A stretch of DNA of 64,000 bases from Bacteroidota bacterium (GTDB taxonomy: Bacteria; Bacteroidota; Bacteroidia; Chitinophagales; Chitinophagaceae): assembly GCA_031411115.1 (NCBI GenBank), contig JANOAO010000072.1:34112-98111 (forward strand), read 5' to 3'. The notes beneath the pieces were generated by a model that worked only from the letters and a program-made list of their open reading frames with translations, did not search any database and was not told where the DNA came from. Shown here piece after piece: positions 8,384 through 17,496 of this stretch; positions within the stretch are counted from its first letter, which is position 1; the number at the start of each line of letters is the position of its first letter. The position numbers and the translations under genes are program-made.

Positions 8384-11300
8384 CGTTTCCATTAATTCTT
8401 CAAAAAGATTTCCGTTCATTACAGCAACCTGTTGCAAACGCTTAAGCATTGCTGCACTTGTATCTTTATGACGTTGCTTAAATGCTTCCAGCGTTTTTAT
8501 TTGCAACTCCTTCTCCTCTGTAGTGGAACGAATCACTTCGGTAGGTAAAATGGTAGGTGAACCTTTTTTACTTAAAAATGTATTTACACCAATAATGGGA
8601 TATTCACCTGTGTGTTTCAGTGTTTCATAATACAAACTTTCTTCCTGAATTTTATTACGCTGGTACATCCTTTCCATCGCACCTAACACACCACCCCGTT
8701 CAGTAATACGATTGAATTCAGTTAGAACCGCTTCTTCCACCAGGTCTGTAAGTTCTTCAATAAGGAAAGCTCCCTGATTGGGATTTTCATTTTTAGCAGT
8801 GCCCAGTTCCCGGTTTATTATCAACTGAATGGCCATGGCTCTTCTTACACTTTCCTCCGTTGGTGTGGTTATGGCTTCATCATATGCATTTGTATGCAAA
8901 GAATTACAATTGTCATATATCGCATACAATGCCTGCAAGGTTGTTCGGATATCATTAAAATCTATTTCCTGTGCATGCAAACTTCTGCCGCTCGTTTGAA
9001 TATGGTATTTTAATTTCTGACTTCTGCTGTTAGCCTTGTACTTTTTCTTCATGGCTTTCGCCCAAATCTTTCTAGCCACACGTCCGATAACACTGTACTC
9101 CGGATCCATTCCATTACTAAAGAAGAAAGATAAATTAGGCGCAAAATCATCAATGTTCATTCCTCTGCTCAGATAATATTCTACATACGTAAAACCATTG
9201 GCCAATGTGAACGCCAACTGTGTAATCGGATTTGCACCAGCTTCAGCAATGTGGTATCCACTGATGCTTACACTATAAAAATTCTGAACCTTATGTTCAA
9301 TAAAATATTCCTGAACATCCCCCATCAGTTTCAGCGCAAATTCTGTGGAGAAGATACAGGTATTTTGTGCCTGGTCTTCTTTTAATATATCCGCCTGTAC
9401 GGTTCCTCTTACAGAACTTAATGCCCTTGCTTTAATTTGTTGATATACATCCTCAGGCAATACATCTTTTCCAGATAACCCTAATAAACGTAAACCCAAA
9501 CCACTATTCCCCGCAGGCAAATCACCTTTCATTTCTCCGGCTACAGGTTCTACCGGCACCCCATCAACGCCTGCGTATTTAGGTAAATCAGTAATTGAAT
9601 ACTTCTCTTCAATAAGTTTATTTACCGATGTATTCAATCCATTCTGTAAAATATATTTCTCACATTCCTGATCGATAGCGGCATTCATAAAGAATGCGAG
9701 CAACATCGGCGCAGGGCCATTGATCGTCATACTTACCGATGTTTTAGGATCACACAAATCAAAACCGCTGTATAACTTTTTGGCATCGTCTACCGTTGCA
9801 ATACTTACACCGCTGTTTCCAACTTTTCCATAAATATCAGGGCGGTAAGCCGGATCTTCTCCATATAAAGTTACACTGTCGAAAGCCGTACTCAGTCTTT
9901 TAGCAGGCTGTCCCTGACTCACATAATGAAACCTTCTGTTAGTTCTTTCGGGCCCGCCTTCTCCGGCAAACATTCTGGTAGGATCTTCTCCGTCCCGCTT
10001 CAATGGAAATACACCCGCTGTAAATGGAAATTCACCCGGAACATTTTCCTGCAACTGCCATTTCAATATATCGCCGGTGTCATTGTATTTAGGCAATAAC
10101 ACTTTCCGTATGATAGTTCCGCTTAAACTTTTATACGTCATTGGCTGGCGAATAACTTTATCCCTCACCTGAAATTCATAAAATTCTTTCTGGTAACGGT
10201 CACGCATTGACGTCCAATTTTCCACCAACAGTTTACATTTCGGATCGAGTTGCAATTCCAGCTCTGCAATCTTTTTATGAAACGCATCTTTAAGATCCTG
10301 CATCAGGGTGAGCGCTCCTTTCAACTGGTAAATTTTTCTGGCAATTTCCGATTGCTCATTTACCCATTGATCATATTCCCGAATCGTTTCGGTGATTTCT
10401 GATAAATAACGGACTCTTGCAGGCGGAATGATCATCGATTTGCTCGACGTGTCCATAACGTGTGAATGATGTTCTACTGCACCGCGGAAGTTGACTTTAG
10501 TCTTCTCTTCAATTTTTTCCATCAGTCTTTCAAACAATTCATTCACACCAGCATCATTGAATTGTGCAGCGATGGTTCCTACAACAGGCAATTCTTCGTC
10601 TTTAGCCGTCCATAAAGCGTGATTACGTTTGTACTGTTTACGCACATCATGTAATGCATCGAGTGCCCCGGCTTTATCAAATTTATTTACGCAGATCACA
10701 TCTGCATAATCCAGCATATTTATTTTTTCCAGTTGTGAAGGTGCTCCGTATTCCGGCGTCATCACATACATACTTACATCACAATAATCCAGAATAGACG
10801 CATCACTCTGCCCAACTCCGGCACTTTCCAGTATAATCAGATCATAAGCTTCCTGTTTACAAATATCAATCGCATCCTGAACATATTTACTCAGCGCTTT
10901 ATCACTCTCCCTTGTAGCAAGACTGCGCATATATGCTCGCGGAGATGAGATCGCATTCATCCGTATCCGATCGCCCAACAATGCACCACCCGTTTTCTTT
11001 TTACTGGGATCTACAGAAATAACTGCGATTGTTTTCTCACAATAGCTATTTAAAAAACGCCGTACAATTTCATCCGTTACACTGCTTTTGCCTGCACCAC
11101 CGGTACCGGTGATTCCCAATACCGCACCTTTAAAATTATTTTCAACGTTACGGTGTGCCGCAATTCCTAATTCTGCCTGCGTTATTTTTCTGGCAATTCT
11201 TCTTATATCTTTAAATTCTCCTAAAGGCAATTTTCCATTCCAGCTTTTTTCAGCTTTCCAAAAATCGGAAGCGTTATCACCATCCTGATAGGGAGCTGGT

Positions 11301-11716
11301 GTACATTTGTTTATTACATCCTGTATCATTCCTTCGAGGCCCATATGCCTTCCGTCATCCGGACTGTAAATTCTGGTAATTCCATACTGGTGCAATTCCT
11401 CAATTTCATCCGGCAGAATCGTTCCGCCACCACCGCCAAATAATTTAATATGTCCGCACCTATTTTCAACCAAAAGGTCTTTCATGTATTTAAAAAATTC
11501 AACATGCCCGCCCTGATAACTGGTGATCGCTATACCATGCACATCTTCTTCTATTGCACATTCAACAATATCCGCCACACTCCTGTTATGTCCGAGATGT
11601 ATGATTTCAGCGCCTTTACTTTGTAAAATCCTGCGCATAATATTTATTGCGGCATCATGGCCATCAAACAACGCAGCAGCGGTAACAATCCTTATTTTTT
11701 GATCTGTTGCACTCAT
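8309..11716 (-). CDS. icmF: Fused isobutyryl-CoA mutase (B12-binding domain + MeaB-like G-protein + mutase catalytic domain)
   Basis: 1135 aa. N-terminal [20 protein letters not shown] (B12-binding DxH), then [13 protein letters not shown]-loop and NKFD, then the methylmalonyl-CoA-mutase-like catalytic domain. Confidence 0.85.
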   Translation of the reverse strand: MSATDQKIRIVTAAALFDGHDAAINIMRRILQSKGAEIIHLGHNRSVADIVECAIEEDVHGIAITSYQGGHVEFFKYMKDLLVENRCGHIKLFGGGGGTILPDEIEELHQYGITRIYSPDDGRHMGLEGMIQDVINKCTPAPYQDGDNASDFWKAEKSWNGKLPLGEFKDIRRIARKITQAELGIAAHRNVENNFKGAVLGITGTGGAGKSSVTDEIVRRFLNSYCEKTIAVISVDPSKKKTGGALLGDRIRMNAISSPRAYMRSLATRESDKALSKYVQDAIDICKQEAYDLIILESAGVGQSDASILDYCDVSMYVMTPEYGAPSQLEKINMLDYADVICVNKFDKAGALDALHDVRKQYKRNHALWTAKDEELPVVGTIAAQFNDAGVNELFERLMEKIEEKTKVNFRGAVEHHSHVMDTSSKSMIIPPARVRYLSEITETIREYDQWVNEQSEIARKIYQLKGALTLMQDLKDAFHKKIAELELQLDPKCKLLVENWTSMRDRYQKEFYEFQVRDKVIRQPMTYKSLSGTIIRKVLLPKYNDTGDILKWQLQENVPGEFPFTAGVFPLKRDGEDPTRMFAGEGGPERTNRRFHYVSQGQPAKRLSTAFDSVTLYGEDPAYRPDIYGKVGNSGVSIATVDDAKKLYSGFDLCDPKTSVSMTINGPAPMLLAFFMNAAIDQECEKYILQNGLNTSVNKLIEEKYSITDLPKYAGVDGVPVEPVAGEMKGDLPAGNSGLGLRLLGLSGKDVLPEDVYQQIKARALSSVRGTVQADILKEDQAQNTCIFSTEFALKLMGDVQEYFIEHKVQNFYSVSISGYHIAEAGANPITQLAFTLANGFTYVEYYLSRGMNIDDFAPNLSFFFSNGMDPEYSVIGRVARKIWAKAMKKKYKANSRSQKLKYHIQTSGRSLHAQEIDFNDIRTTLQALYAIYDNCNSLHTNAYDEAITTPTEESVRRAMAIQLIINRELGTAKNENPNQGAFLIEELTDLVEEAVLTEFNRITERGGVLGAMERMYQRNKIQEESLYYETLKHTGEYPIIGVNTFLSKKGSPTILPTEVIRSTTEEKELQIKTLEAFKQRHKDTSAAMLKRLQQVAVMNGNLFEELMETVKYCSLGEITNALYSVGGQYRRNM

Positions 11717-11808
11717 CAGTTTTGTATTAATTTTTATTTGGAACCCGGCAGTAGTTCATAGATCAGCTTTAGTGGCGTCGCACACTTGTACTACAGATCG
11801 TGTCCGGG

Positions 11809-11816
11809 CAAATTTA
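11809..11816 (-). promoter_or_regulatory. Candidate Bacteroidota -7 promoter box TAAATTTG for icmF
   Basis: The minus strand reads TAAATTTG, overlapping the rsmA stop codon. A TTTG lies about 23 nt upstream. The predicted leader is about 85 nt. Confidence 0.35.
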
Positions 11817-12566
11817 CTTCATTTTAAAAGTGAGTTCAGCAAAATCTTCAATGCTCAGCGCTTCTGCCCTTTTTTCAAAAATAGGTTCTAGCAGCACTTC
11901 AGGAGTAAATTGACTTTTTACTGCATTTCTCAACATCTTTCTTCTTTGATTAAATGCTGTTTTTACCAATACCATATAAGCTCTGGGAGATTTAACCAGC
12001 AACTCATTTTTCCTTCTGGTAAGCCTTATCACTCCACTGTTTACTTTAGGCGGCGGATTAAATGATCCCGGAGGTACATCAAACAAATATTCTATGTCAT
12101 AAAAAGGCTGTATTAAAGCACTGGTAACGCCATATACTTTATTGCCGGGCTTAGATGCTACACGCTCTGCCACTTCTTTTTGAAACATGCCGGTTAATAC
12201 CGGAACACTGTCTTTCCAATCCAGTATTTTAAATAATATCTCTGTAGAAATATTATAAGGAAAATTACCAACGATATGAAAAGGATCATCAAATGGCTTT
12301 TCCATTTTCAAAAAATCTTCCGGTATAATCTTATCCTTCAGTTCCGGATATTCTTTCATCAGCCAGATCACTTTTTCGTCATCGAGTTCTACGGCTTTAA
12401 AATTGATGCCCGGTAATTTTACCAGATGTTTGGTTAAAGCACCACCTCCGGGACCAATCTCCAGCAAATTGGTGCATTCATTTTGCAGTACTGCATCAAT
12501 AATTTGACGAATAATGGTTTCATCTTTTAAAAAATGCTGACCCAATGATTTTTTAAGCCTGTACAT
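11814..12566 (-). CDS. rsmA: 16S rRNA (adenine1518/1519-N6)-dimethyltransferase
   Basis: LGQHFL, SAM motif LEIGPGGGALT, GNFPYNIST. Confidence 0.9.
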   Translation of the reverse strand: MYRLKKSLGQHFLKDETIIRQIIDAVLQNECTNLLEIGPGGGALTKHLVKLPGINFKAVELDDEKVIWLMKEYPELKDKIIPEDFLKMEKPFDDPFHIVGNFPYNISTEILFKILDWKDSVPVLTGMFQKEVAERVASKPGNKVYGVTSALIQPFYDIEYLFDVPPGSFNPPPKVNSGVIRLTRRKNELLVKSPRAYMVLVKTAFNQRRKMLRNAVKSQFTPEVLLEPIFEKRAEALSIEDFAELTFKMK

Positions 12567-12654
12567 GGGCGCAAAGCTACCAATAAACGTACAGGATAAC
12601 TATTTACACATGCTGCTTTAGCGAGGTTATTGTATTTTTACCGAAATTATTTTC

Positions 12655-13746
12655 ATGCAGCATCATTCGGAAAAACCAACTCTGGGAATTACCATTGGCG
12701 ATATCAATGGCATTGGGCCTGAACTGATCCTTAAAACTTTCAGTGATAACCGAATTCTGGATATCTGCACGCCAGTAATTTTCGGTAATAATAAACTGAT
12801 AAATTTCTACAGGAAAAACCTGCCGGATCATAATTTTACGGTGAACATTATTAAAGATTCCACGCGTCTCAATAATAAACAGGTAAACCTGTATAATTGC
12901 TGGGAAGAAGATATCACAGTTACACCAGGAGTGTTGAATGAAACGGGCGGAAAATATGCAGTGATCAGTCTAACAACGGCTGCAGAAGCTTTAAAGGGTG
13001 GAAAAATTGACGGCCTTATTACAGCACCGATTCATAAAAAAAATATTCAGTCGGAAGAATTCAGTCATACCGGACATACTCCTTATCTCAAACAATTATT
13101 TGAAGCGAATGATGTAGCCATGATGCTGGTTGCTGATAATATGAGAGTGGCGCTGTTAACAGAACATGTAGCAGTAAAAGATGTGGCGCAGTATGTAACA
13201 AAAGATAACATCCTTAAAAAATTGAAGATCGTACATGAATCACTGAAAAAAGATTTTGGTATCAGCAAACCAAAAATCGCTGTACTCGGATTGAATCCAC
13301 ATGCGGGTGATGAAGGCTTAATCGGTAAGGAAGAAGAGACCATCATACGACCGGCAATACAGGAAGCAAAAAAACAAAACATGTTATGCTTCGGACCTTA
13401 TAGTGCAGATGCATTTTTTGCAAGAGGGCAATACGAACAATTTGATGCGGTGCTGGCATTATATCATGATCAGGGATTGATACCTTTTAAATCATTGGCC
13501 GTTGGGGAAGGCGTAAATTTTACCGCCGGTATCAAAGGCGTAAGAACTTCACCGGATCATGGAGTAGCATTTGATATTGCCGGAAAAGGTATTGCAGATG
13601 AATCGTCATTCCGACAGGCGGTTTATACCTGCGTTGATATTTTAAATGCACGCCGGGAAAATTTCGATCAGTTTGCAAATCCGTTAAAGAAAATCAGCAA
13701 ATCGGTGATCGCTAATGCAGTAGATGAAAAGATTATCGAAGATTGA
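12655..13746 (+). CDS. pdxA: 4-hydroxythreonine-4-phosphate dehydrogenase
   Basis: GITIGDINGIGPE, GLNPHAGDEG, YHDQGLIPFK, RTSPDHG. Confidence 0.9.
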   Translation: MQHHSEKPTLGITIGDINGIGPELILKTFSDNRILDICTPVIFGNNKLINFYRKNLPDHNFTVNIIKDSTRLNNKQVNLYNCWEEDITVTPGVLNETGGKYAVISLTTAAEALKGGKIDGLITAPIHKKNIQSEEFSHTGHTPYLKQLFEANDVAMMLVADNMRVALLTEHVAVKDVAQYVTKDNILKKLKIVHESLKKDFGISKPKIAVLGLNPHAGDEGLIGKEEETIIRPAIQEAKKQNMLCFGPYSADAFFARGQYEQFDAVLALYHDQGLIPFKSLAVGEGVNFTAGIKGVRTSPDHGVAFDIAGKGIADESSFRQAVYTCVDILNARRENFDQFANPLKKISKSVIANAVDEKIIED

Positions 13747-14430
13747 TCATTTTGTAAAAACCGCGTCTGAAATTCCTTTATTGATGATATAATTATTAAA
13801 GAAAATTTCGGCTCTGCCCTTCTTATTCTTTACATCAGAAGCCTTAACCTTTGTTCCATCATCAAAATCAAACGTTACGCCTTTAGGCAGTTTGTAATCT
13901 TTGGTGTTGAAAGAGAAAATAATTTTATCAGGCAAACCAAAAGCAGCAAATTTTCCATAAGACATTTCCAGTTCGTACGTTCCATTTTCACGAGTAGTTG
14001 TCCTGGCTTTCATGATCAGGTTTTTTACCGGATCAATATATATAGTAGATAAAACAACATCACTGTTTTCATCCGTAGGCAATAATCTCGCAATTTTTAC
14101 CGCTACTCCATTTATTTTATCATCGCCGCCATCAATTATTGTAAAGTCATTTCCCAATATATTACTCATATTAATACTTACAGCACCTTTGGGAATAAAT
14201 GAAATTCCTTTTTCACTTTTTACTTTTAATTTATTCGGTTTTTTAAAAAAAATGGAAACCGTTGCTATGGGCACTTTCAAAAATGTAACATTGGTCTTCA
14301 TTCTTCCCTTTGCTTCATAATCGTTGACTGCATCAATTTTTTTCTTTGTATTGGCCACTAATATGTTGATGTCCTGTGCCGACATATTAAATGAAAATCC
14401 CAAAAGGAAAACGAGCGAAATATATTTCAT
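13747..14430 (-). CDS. Secreted LolA-like / outer-membrane lipoprotein-sorting-like protein (putative)
   Basis: Signal peptide MKYISLVFLLGFSFNMSAQ and beta-rich sequence. Its start overlaps the permease stop (ATGA). The family call is tentative. Confidence 0.4.
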   Translation of the reverse strand: MKYISLVFLLGFSFNMSAQDINILVANTKKKIDAVNDYEAKGRMKTNVTFLKVPIATVSIFFKKPNKLKVKSEKGISFIPKGAVSINMSNILGNDFTIIDGGDDKINGVAVKIARLLPTDENSDVVLSTIYIDPVKNLIMKARTTTRENGTYELEMSYGKFAAFGLPDKIIFSFNTKDYKLPKGVTFDFDDGTKVKASDVKNKKGRAEIFFNNYIINKGISDAVFTK

Positions 14431-15320
14431 GACAGAATATCTTTTTTATTAAATATTAATATGGAAGCTGATACCAAAACCCCAATGTGACCGAATAAAA
14501 TGATCAGGCTGTTTCTGATGGCAGGCCAGTTTTCAAGACTTCCTTTGATCGGTTCACCATCAGCATTGGTTCCAATGTAAAAAAATCCTTTCCAACCTAC
14601 GAGATAAGAAGTAAAGAGATAGGGTTTTACATTGTCATCAATTATCGGCAGATTTATATTGGAGATTACGGTGCAAACGATCACGATGCATACGGTGGCA
14701 ATAATTGGCCCAATTGAATTCTCAGCAAAAATAGACAGGAACATGGCAAGTGCAGCGATTACACTCAATGCCACTGCCGCATATCCGAAAGCAGCAATGT
14801 ATCGCCACATGATATCATCTTTGGTGATTTGTAATATTTGTGATTCTTCCCCTTTCACCCGGAATATCAGCATATCATCTACACCAAAAATATACATGCT
14901 TAAAAATAATGCGGTAACAGCCATCCAAACCAATAACATGATCGTGTAAACCGTAGATGCTGCAAATTTCATCAGAATCACCTGTGTACGGGTAACAGGT
15001 TTCGTTAATAACAAGCGCAACGTTCCCATATTTGCTTCCCCGGAAATTGCATCGCCTGCAATCAATGCCACCAGTATCGGAACCTGAATCAATAGAGTAT
15101 TCAAAATAATGTAGCACATGAAATAACCATTGATGGCTTTTGTTTTATCAAGATCAAACGTATCCTGCACACTTTGCAGCATAAGGTTCATATAACTTGA
15201 TCCATCCGCTTTAAAAGCAAATTGAAAAATACCTACGATCGCAGTGATTGCAATAAAAGCAATATAAGTTCTCGGGCGTTTGGATATTTTAAATAACTCA
15301 ATACTGAAAAGCGACCACAT
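14427..15320 (-). CDS. ABC-2 type transporter permease
   Basis: 297 aa with about 6 hydrophobic helices. Start overlaps the ATPase stop (TAATG). Confidence 0.7.
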   Translation of the reverse strand: MWSLFSIELFKISKRPRTYIAFIAITAIVGIFQFAFKADGSSYMNLMLQSVQDTFDLDKTKAINGYFMCYIILNTLLIQVPILVALIAGDAISGEANMGTLRLLLTKPVTRTQVILMKFAASTVYTIMLLVWMAVTALFLSMYIFGVDDMLIFRVKGEESQILQITKDDIMWRYIAAFGYAAVALSVIAALAMFLSIFAENSIGPIIATVCIVIVCTVISNINLPIIDDNVKPYLFTSYLVGWKGFFYIGTNADGEPIKGSLENWPAIRNSLIILFGHIGVLVSASILIFNKKDILS

Positions 15321-16219
15321 TAATTTTGCTGGTTGGTTAAGGAAATAAAATAATCTTCCAATGAATGCCTTGCCTGTACACCGGTTAGTTGAACACCATC
15401 ACGGCTCAACTTTTCAATTAATGCCGGAACCGATTGCCTGTTCATTTTGATTCTGATACTTTCAGCATCCACAAGTTGATATCCGTTTTCTATTAAATTA
15501 TTTTTAAGGATATCCTGATTTAATGCATCAATTTGAACGATCGTATCTGCAGGATCAAGCAAATCGGAAACCGAACCTTCAATAACTTTTTTGCCTTTGT
15601 GTATAATCAGCATCCGCGTAGCGATCTGTTCAATTTCAGAAAGTAAATGAGAGGAGATGATGATGGTTTTTTGATGATCCGTACTCAATTTTTTGATCAA
15701 ATGTCTCATATCTGCAATGCCTTGCGGATCGAGCCCGTTTGTAGGTTCATCTAAAATGATCAGTTCAGGATCATGCACAAGTGATACAGCAATTCCCAGC
15801 CGTTGTTTCATTCCCTGACTGAACGTTTTTACTTTATCCTTTGAGCGGTTGTGAAGGTCAACCATTTCCAGTTGCTGTAAGATTCGGTTCCGATCTGGTT
15901 TTATACCGCTTAATTTGCTGAAGATCCACATATGTTCATATGCAGTAAGATATTTATACATATCCGGCCTTTCAATTAATGCGCCGGTACGTTTTAAAAT
16001 CTCTAACTTATGTTGCATGGAATGAGAGAAAATGCGGATATCTCCTGATGAAGGTGTGATTAAACCCAGTAACATTCGGATAGTGGTTGATTTTCCTGCA
16101 CCATTCTGACCCAAAAATCCGTAAACATCGCCTTTCTGTACTGTAAATGAAAGATCATTCACGACCGTTTTGCCCTCAAATATTTTTGTAAGTCCACTTA
16201 CCTGTGCTACCGGTTCCAT
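15320..16219 (-). CDS. ABC transporter ATP-binding protein
   Basis: Walker A GQNGAGKST, signature FSQGMKQRL, Walker B LIILDEPTNGLD. Confidence 0.9.
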   Translation of the reverse strand: MEPVAQVSGLTKIFEGKTVVNDLSFTVQKGDVYGFLGQNGAGKSTTIRMLLGLITPSSGDIRIFSHSMQHKLEILKRTGALIERPDMYKYLTAYEHMWIFSKLSGIKPDRNRILQQLEMVDLHNRSKDKVKTFSQGMKQRLGIAVSLVHDPELIILDEPTNGLDPQGIADMRHLIKKLSTDHQKTIIISSHLLSEIEQIATRMLIIHKGKKVIEGSVSDLLDPADTIVQIDALNQDILKNNLIENGYQLVDAESIRIKMNRQSVPALIEKLSRDGVQLTGVQARHSLEDYFISLTNQQN

Positions 16220-16504
16220 ACGTCAAATGTAAACATACAAAATGCTTAATTGTTGACTGTTTCAGTGATTTACAATTAATTTCTCAAAACACTTTGATTT
16301 ATGAAATTAATTTTCAATTTTTACAACCTTCATTCTTTTCTTAATATCCCTTCTAAAGCTTTATCCGGTCATTTTAATCAGGCAAACGCTGGAGTATGGT
16401 TTAGGTCTCCTGAAATGTTCGTAAGTATTCTACAGACAAATTAATTAATACGTGCACACTCATTGACGTTTAAAAAATAAAGTTCAAAGCTTGTAAAAGC
16501 AATC

Positions 16505-16538
16505 CAAAAAGAAAGAGGCTGTCTGAAAGGGCAGCCTT
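16505..16538 (-). terminator. Intrinsic terminator after the regulator-TPR-receptor operon
   Basis: On the minus strand: stem aggctg/cagcct (16516-16521 / 16532-16537) followed by CTTTCTTTTT. Confidence 0.6.
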
Positions 16539-16541
16539 CTT

Positions 16542-16832
16542 TTATGATTGCTGAACATAAGATTGTAAGGCTTTAAAATAATTCTCAAATGCATCTGCTC
16601 CTTTCTTCGTGATTCTGCAAATGGTTTGCGGATAATTTTCTTTAAACTGTTTTATGATTTCAACGTAACCGGCAGTTTTCAGTTTTTGAATCTGAACACT
16701 AAGGTTCCCGGCAGTAGCCCTTGTTTTTTCTTTGATAAGCGTGAACTCTTCTTCCCTGATCTGCATGAGAATACTCATTACAGCTAATCGTAATTGTGAA
16801 TGTAACAGAGGATCCAGTTCTTTAAAATCCAT
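16542..16832 (-). CDS. Small winged-helix transcriptional regulator
   Basis: 96 aa. LDPLLHSQLRLAVMSIL...ATAGNLSVQIQKLKTAGYV is typical of MarR/ArsR-like wHTH (HTH_34-like). Confidence 0.7.
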   Translation of the reverse strand: MDFKELDPLLHSQLRLAVMSILMQIREEEFTLIKEKTRATAGNLSVQIQKLKTAGYVEIIKQFKENYPQTICRITKKGADAFENYFKALQSYVQQS

Positions 16833-16835
16833 TCT

Positions 16836-17477
16836 TTATTTTTTACAGCCAGCCATTAATTGGATATTGATAGATTCTCCCCAGGAAGGATCGAGTTCAC
16901 TTGCTGGTTTGAAAGCAATAAATTTTTCTGCTGCCTTTTCCAAAACAGGCAAAGCATTTTTACAACCGCCTCCAAATTGTTCCGGCGTATATATCAGGGA
17001 TTGCGCTCTTAAAAATAAAGGCCTTGGATTCTCTGGATTTTGTTGAATAGCCAGATCAATCAGGGCTGCACTTTTTTGTCCGAACTTCATATACCTGGTC
17101 TGAGGGTCCACCATCAATCGACAAGAAAAAATCATGCTCTTTATACAATTGATCTCCGAGTTTCCCGGTGATAACGAATCAGCTTTACTGATTAGTTCAT
17201 CTGCCTTGTCTGCAATAGCATCCACGCCTGATTTATCTTCCTGCCGGAAAGCATAATTCACCTGAAGGAATGCTGCATAATAATAAGGCAGCCATTCTTT
17301 TTTTTCTGCATTTGCTATCCTTTCAAAACTATTAGCCAGTTGTAAAATTGTTTCATAAGTTTTAAAACTGGAGTCGATCAGAGAAATATTTTTCTGCATG
17401 ATCATTTTAAATTTCGGTGATTGTGCCTGTGTTGTTGAAACACAAAAAAGGAATAAAAAAGCGATGACAGTTTTCAT
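16836..17477 (-). CDS. Secreted helical (TPR-like) hypothetical protein
   Basis: Start taken at MKTVIAFLFLFCVSTTQAQ (signal peptide). All-alpha-looking sequence. Lies 19 nt after the receptor stop. Confidence 0.5.
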   Translation of the reverse strand: MKTVIAFLFLFCVSTTQAQSPKFKMIMQKNISLIDSSFKTYETILQLANSFERIANAEKKEWLPYYYAAFLQVNYAFRQEDKSGVDAIADKADELISKADSLSPGNSEINCIKSMIFSCRLMVDPQTRYMKFGQKSAALIDLAIQQNPENPRPLFLRAQSLIYTPEQFGGGCKNALPVLEKAAEKFIAFKPASELDPSWGESINIQLMAGCKK

Positions 17478-17496
17478 GATAAATGATTTTATTTTT

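Noticed and set aside
11717-11813. Possible cobalamin riboswitch in the icmF leader, and likewise upstream of the receptor at 19759-20017
   Set aside because: No B12-box-like core or multi-stem architecture is recognisable. Only a distant 5-bp cccgg/ccggg pairing is present.
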